A stretch of 64,000 nucleotides of DNA from NCBI RefSeq assembly GCF_000143415.4, contig NW_003314311.1:1124769-1188768 (forward strand), in the 5' to 3' direction. Below are positions 62,113 through 64,000 of the stretch, one piece after another (the first letter of the stretch is position 1; the number at the start of each line of letters is the position of its first letter). Under the pieces are notes generated by a model. That model did no database searches. It was not told the origin of the DNA and was given only the letters and a program-made list of their open reading frames with translations. This DNA is from Selaginella moellendorffii. Lineage: Eukaryota; Plantae; Lycopodiophyta. Position numbers and translations under genes: made by a program.

Positions 62113-63375
62113 CCTTTCTGGTTTTGTGAGATCTCGGCGAGCACTATACATTTATCACAAGCTGCAATGCAACACGCGGCCACTAGGCAAATGGCTTCTT
62201 CGTTAAAAGGTAAGCTCTTAAAAAGATCTAAACTCGTGGTTATCCGCATGATAACGGAGATTGAAGCTTTGTCAAGATCAAGTCGGACACGGGACTCAAG
62301 TTCTTCACCCCATGCATCTGGAGCGTCTTTTTCGTCTTGGTCCACCACCCCAGGCTCGCCTTCGGAAAAGCCCCGGTTCTGACTTAATTACGTAAATTTG
62401 CACCTCCACAAAAATTTACATGACTTGAATAAATATATGTACTACTCGGCAAACTAGGATTGTTCCTTGTGGCAAATTTACACAGAATCAAAAAGAGATT
62501 ACCACCAATCATGTGGGATAGGAGTTCACATGTTGCCGCACAATCAGCAAGAATTGTAACACTGCTGGTGATAAACATTTGCAACTTTCTACTTGGTTTC
62601 TCTTTGACTTCTTCCGCAGTCTCACAGCCACAAGATTCAAAACCAGTTCGCAAAGTTTTCTTCTAACCCAAAATATATTTCTCATTCATGTAAAGTATGC
62701 TCGAAGATCAAACATGACTCGTACAAACTGAACATGGACTTTCCCCTGAGAACATGACAACTTGCACTGGACAAAGTTTGATCCTGCTGTGTTTCGTATG
62801 TAGTCGTTCATATAGTTCAAGTAGTATTAGAAATAGTTTCAAAAACACAATCTCACCAACACCAGATGGTTCTCCAAGACCGAAAGAAAACGTTACAACT
62901 CTGGTCAAAGATGGTTCAGGACTTCCAGTCGTAACAACAACAGGGGATGCATTCAAGCCATTCTAGTGTCCCTGTGTATTAGTTAAGCCCCAGCCATTGC
63001 ATGCGCTCAGATTTCCTGCAACGCACATTTGTGACCACGGGATGCTTGGCCACCATCTGCATGAGCAGCTCGTTCATTCTCACGATGGATAAATTGCCAC
63101 CCAATGCTTGATTATTCGAGAGAATAATCAGCTGGCCTTGTCCATTCTCTCACTGAAGTTGGCCGCGAGCTCCACCGAGTAATTCTAGAGTTCTAGAGCA
63201 TAATAGTCTTGCAGAAGTATGCTACCTTTCTATTTATTCCGGACTGTACGGAGCTGTCCATTGTTTTATACAAGAGAAAAATGTTAAGCATATCTTTGTG
63301 ATTCTTAGTTCTTTATCTTTGTGTAGCCAGCATTTCCCGTCGTGAGATATGGGATGGGGCTTTTCGAATCGCGTT

Positions 63376-63660
63376 TTATGGGTTGCAGCAGAGGGGTGGC
63401 TGACGATTCCCCGGTCGAAATTCTCCAAATTCGGCTGGAAATTTATAGCGATGGTAAAGAGAAAACTAGAGATTTTCAAACGAATACTTACTAGGACTTG
63501 GAGGAGGAGCTTCCTCCAGCAGCTTTCTCACAATCCCCTTGTTGATTGTGAATGGTGCAGTGGCCGAGGAAGAACTACCAAAGAGAGGCCATACGAAGTG
63601 AAGATGTAAATGTAGTAGTATCACCATCGCCACAATGAAAGTGATGCAAAATCTCCTCAT
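63376..63660 (-). CDS. Small secreted peptide precursor, family member 4 (exons 63660-63492, 63434-63376; 75 aa, ends EFRPGNRQPPLCCNP)
   Basis: Signal-peptide-like MRRFCITFIVAMVILLHLHLHF; GTAAGT...TTCCAG 57-nt intron; intact frame into the conserved C-terminal motif. Confidence 0.78.
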
Positions 63661-64000
63661 TCTTGCTGGTTTTGTGACCCATCAATCAATTTATCACGAA
63701 TGCAACACGTGGTCAATTGACTAGCCCAGCAAATGCTTGCTTCTCTAAATTTTCACGTGCACGAATTTAGTCATACCGCCTGAAAATGAAGACTACAGAA
63801 TGTCATAATTGACATCTTCAAGCTGTTCCTGGTTGACTTTTACAATCATAGTTGGTCAAATTATTTATAGTTTAATAGTTCAGATTCCATGTCCACCTCC
63901 ACCTTTCAATGTGTTGTGACAGAACACTTGATTAGCCTGTATTTTGAGAGGAACTTACTGCTTAACACAGCTAAAAAAACGTGATCAAATTGTGTCCAGT

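Overview
Compact eukaryotic plant DNA with many 40-60 nt introns; the style suggests a lycophyte such as Selaginella (inference, not verified). Bases 1-33.7 kb are a nested tandem amplification of a [spacer - class III peroxidase-like gene - 5' part of VPS13] unit. Two units carry a Ty3/gypsy chromovirus inserted in a peroxidase exon-1 fragment (full copy 12370-19900, TSD CACTG; partial copy 1-3738). One complete multi-exon VPS13 gene (VPS13M2/At1g48090-like N-terminus) runs 30048-46740. The distal 17 kb holds an F-box gene, retroelement debris and a five-member family of small two-exon secreted-peptide genes ending in a 15-aa CEP-like motif with vicinal cysteines. Main discoveries: (1) the LTR retrotransposon has two clear spliceosomal introns inside its integrase plus a candidate 5'-leader intron that would excise the LTR end and PBS, suggesting a splicing switch between mRNA and replicable genomic RNA; (2) a hairpin-dense 3' UTR with tRNA T-arm-like loops; (3) the [DEK]FRP...PP.CC.P peptide family with a conserved W-box promoter module; (4) peroxidases lacking the distal catalytic Arg/His. 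All comparisons were done by eye.
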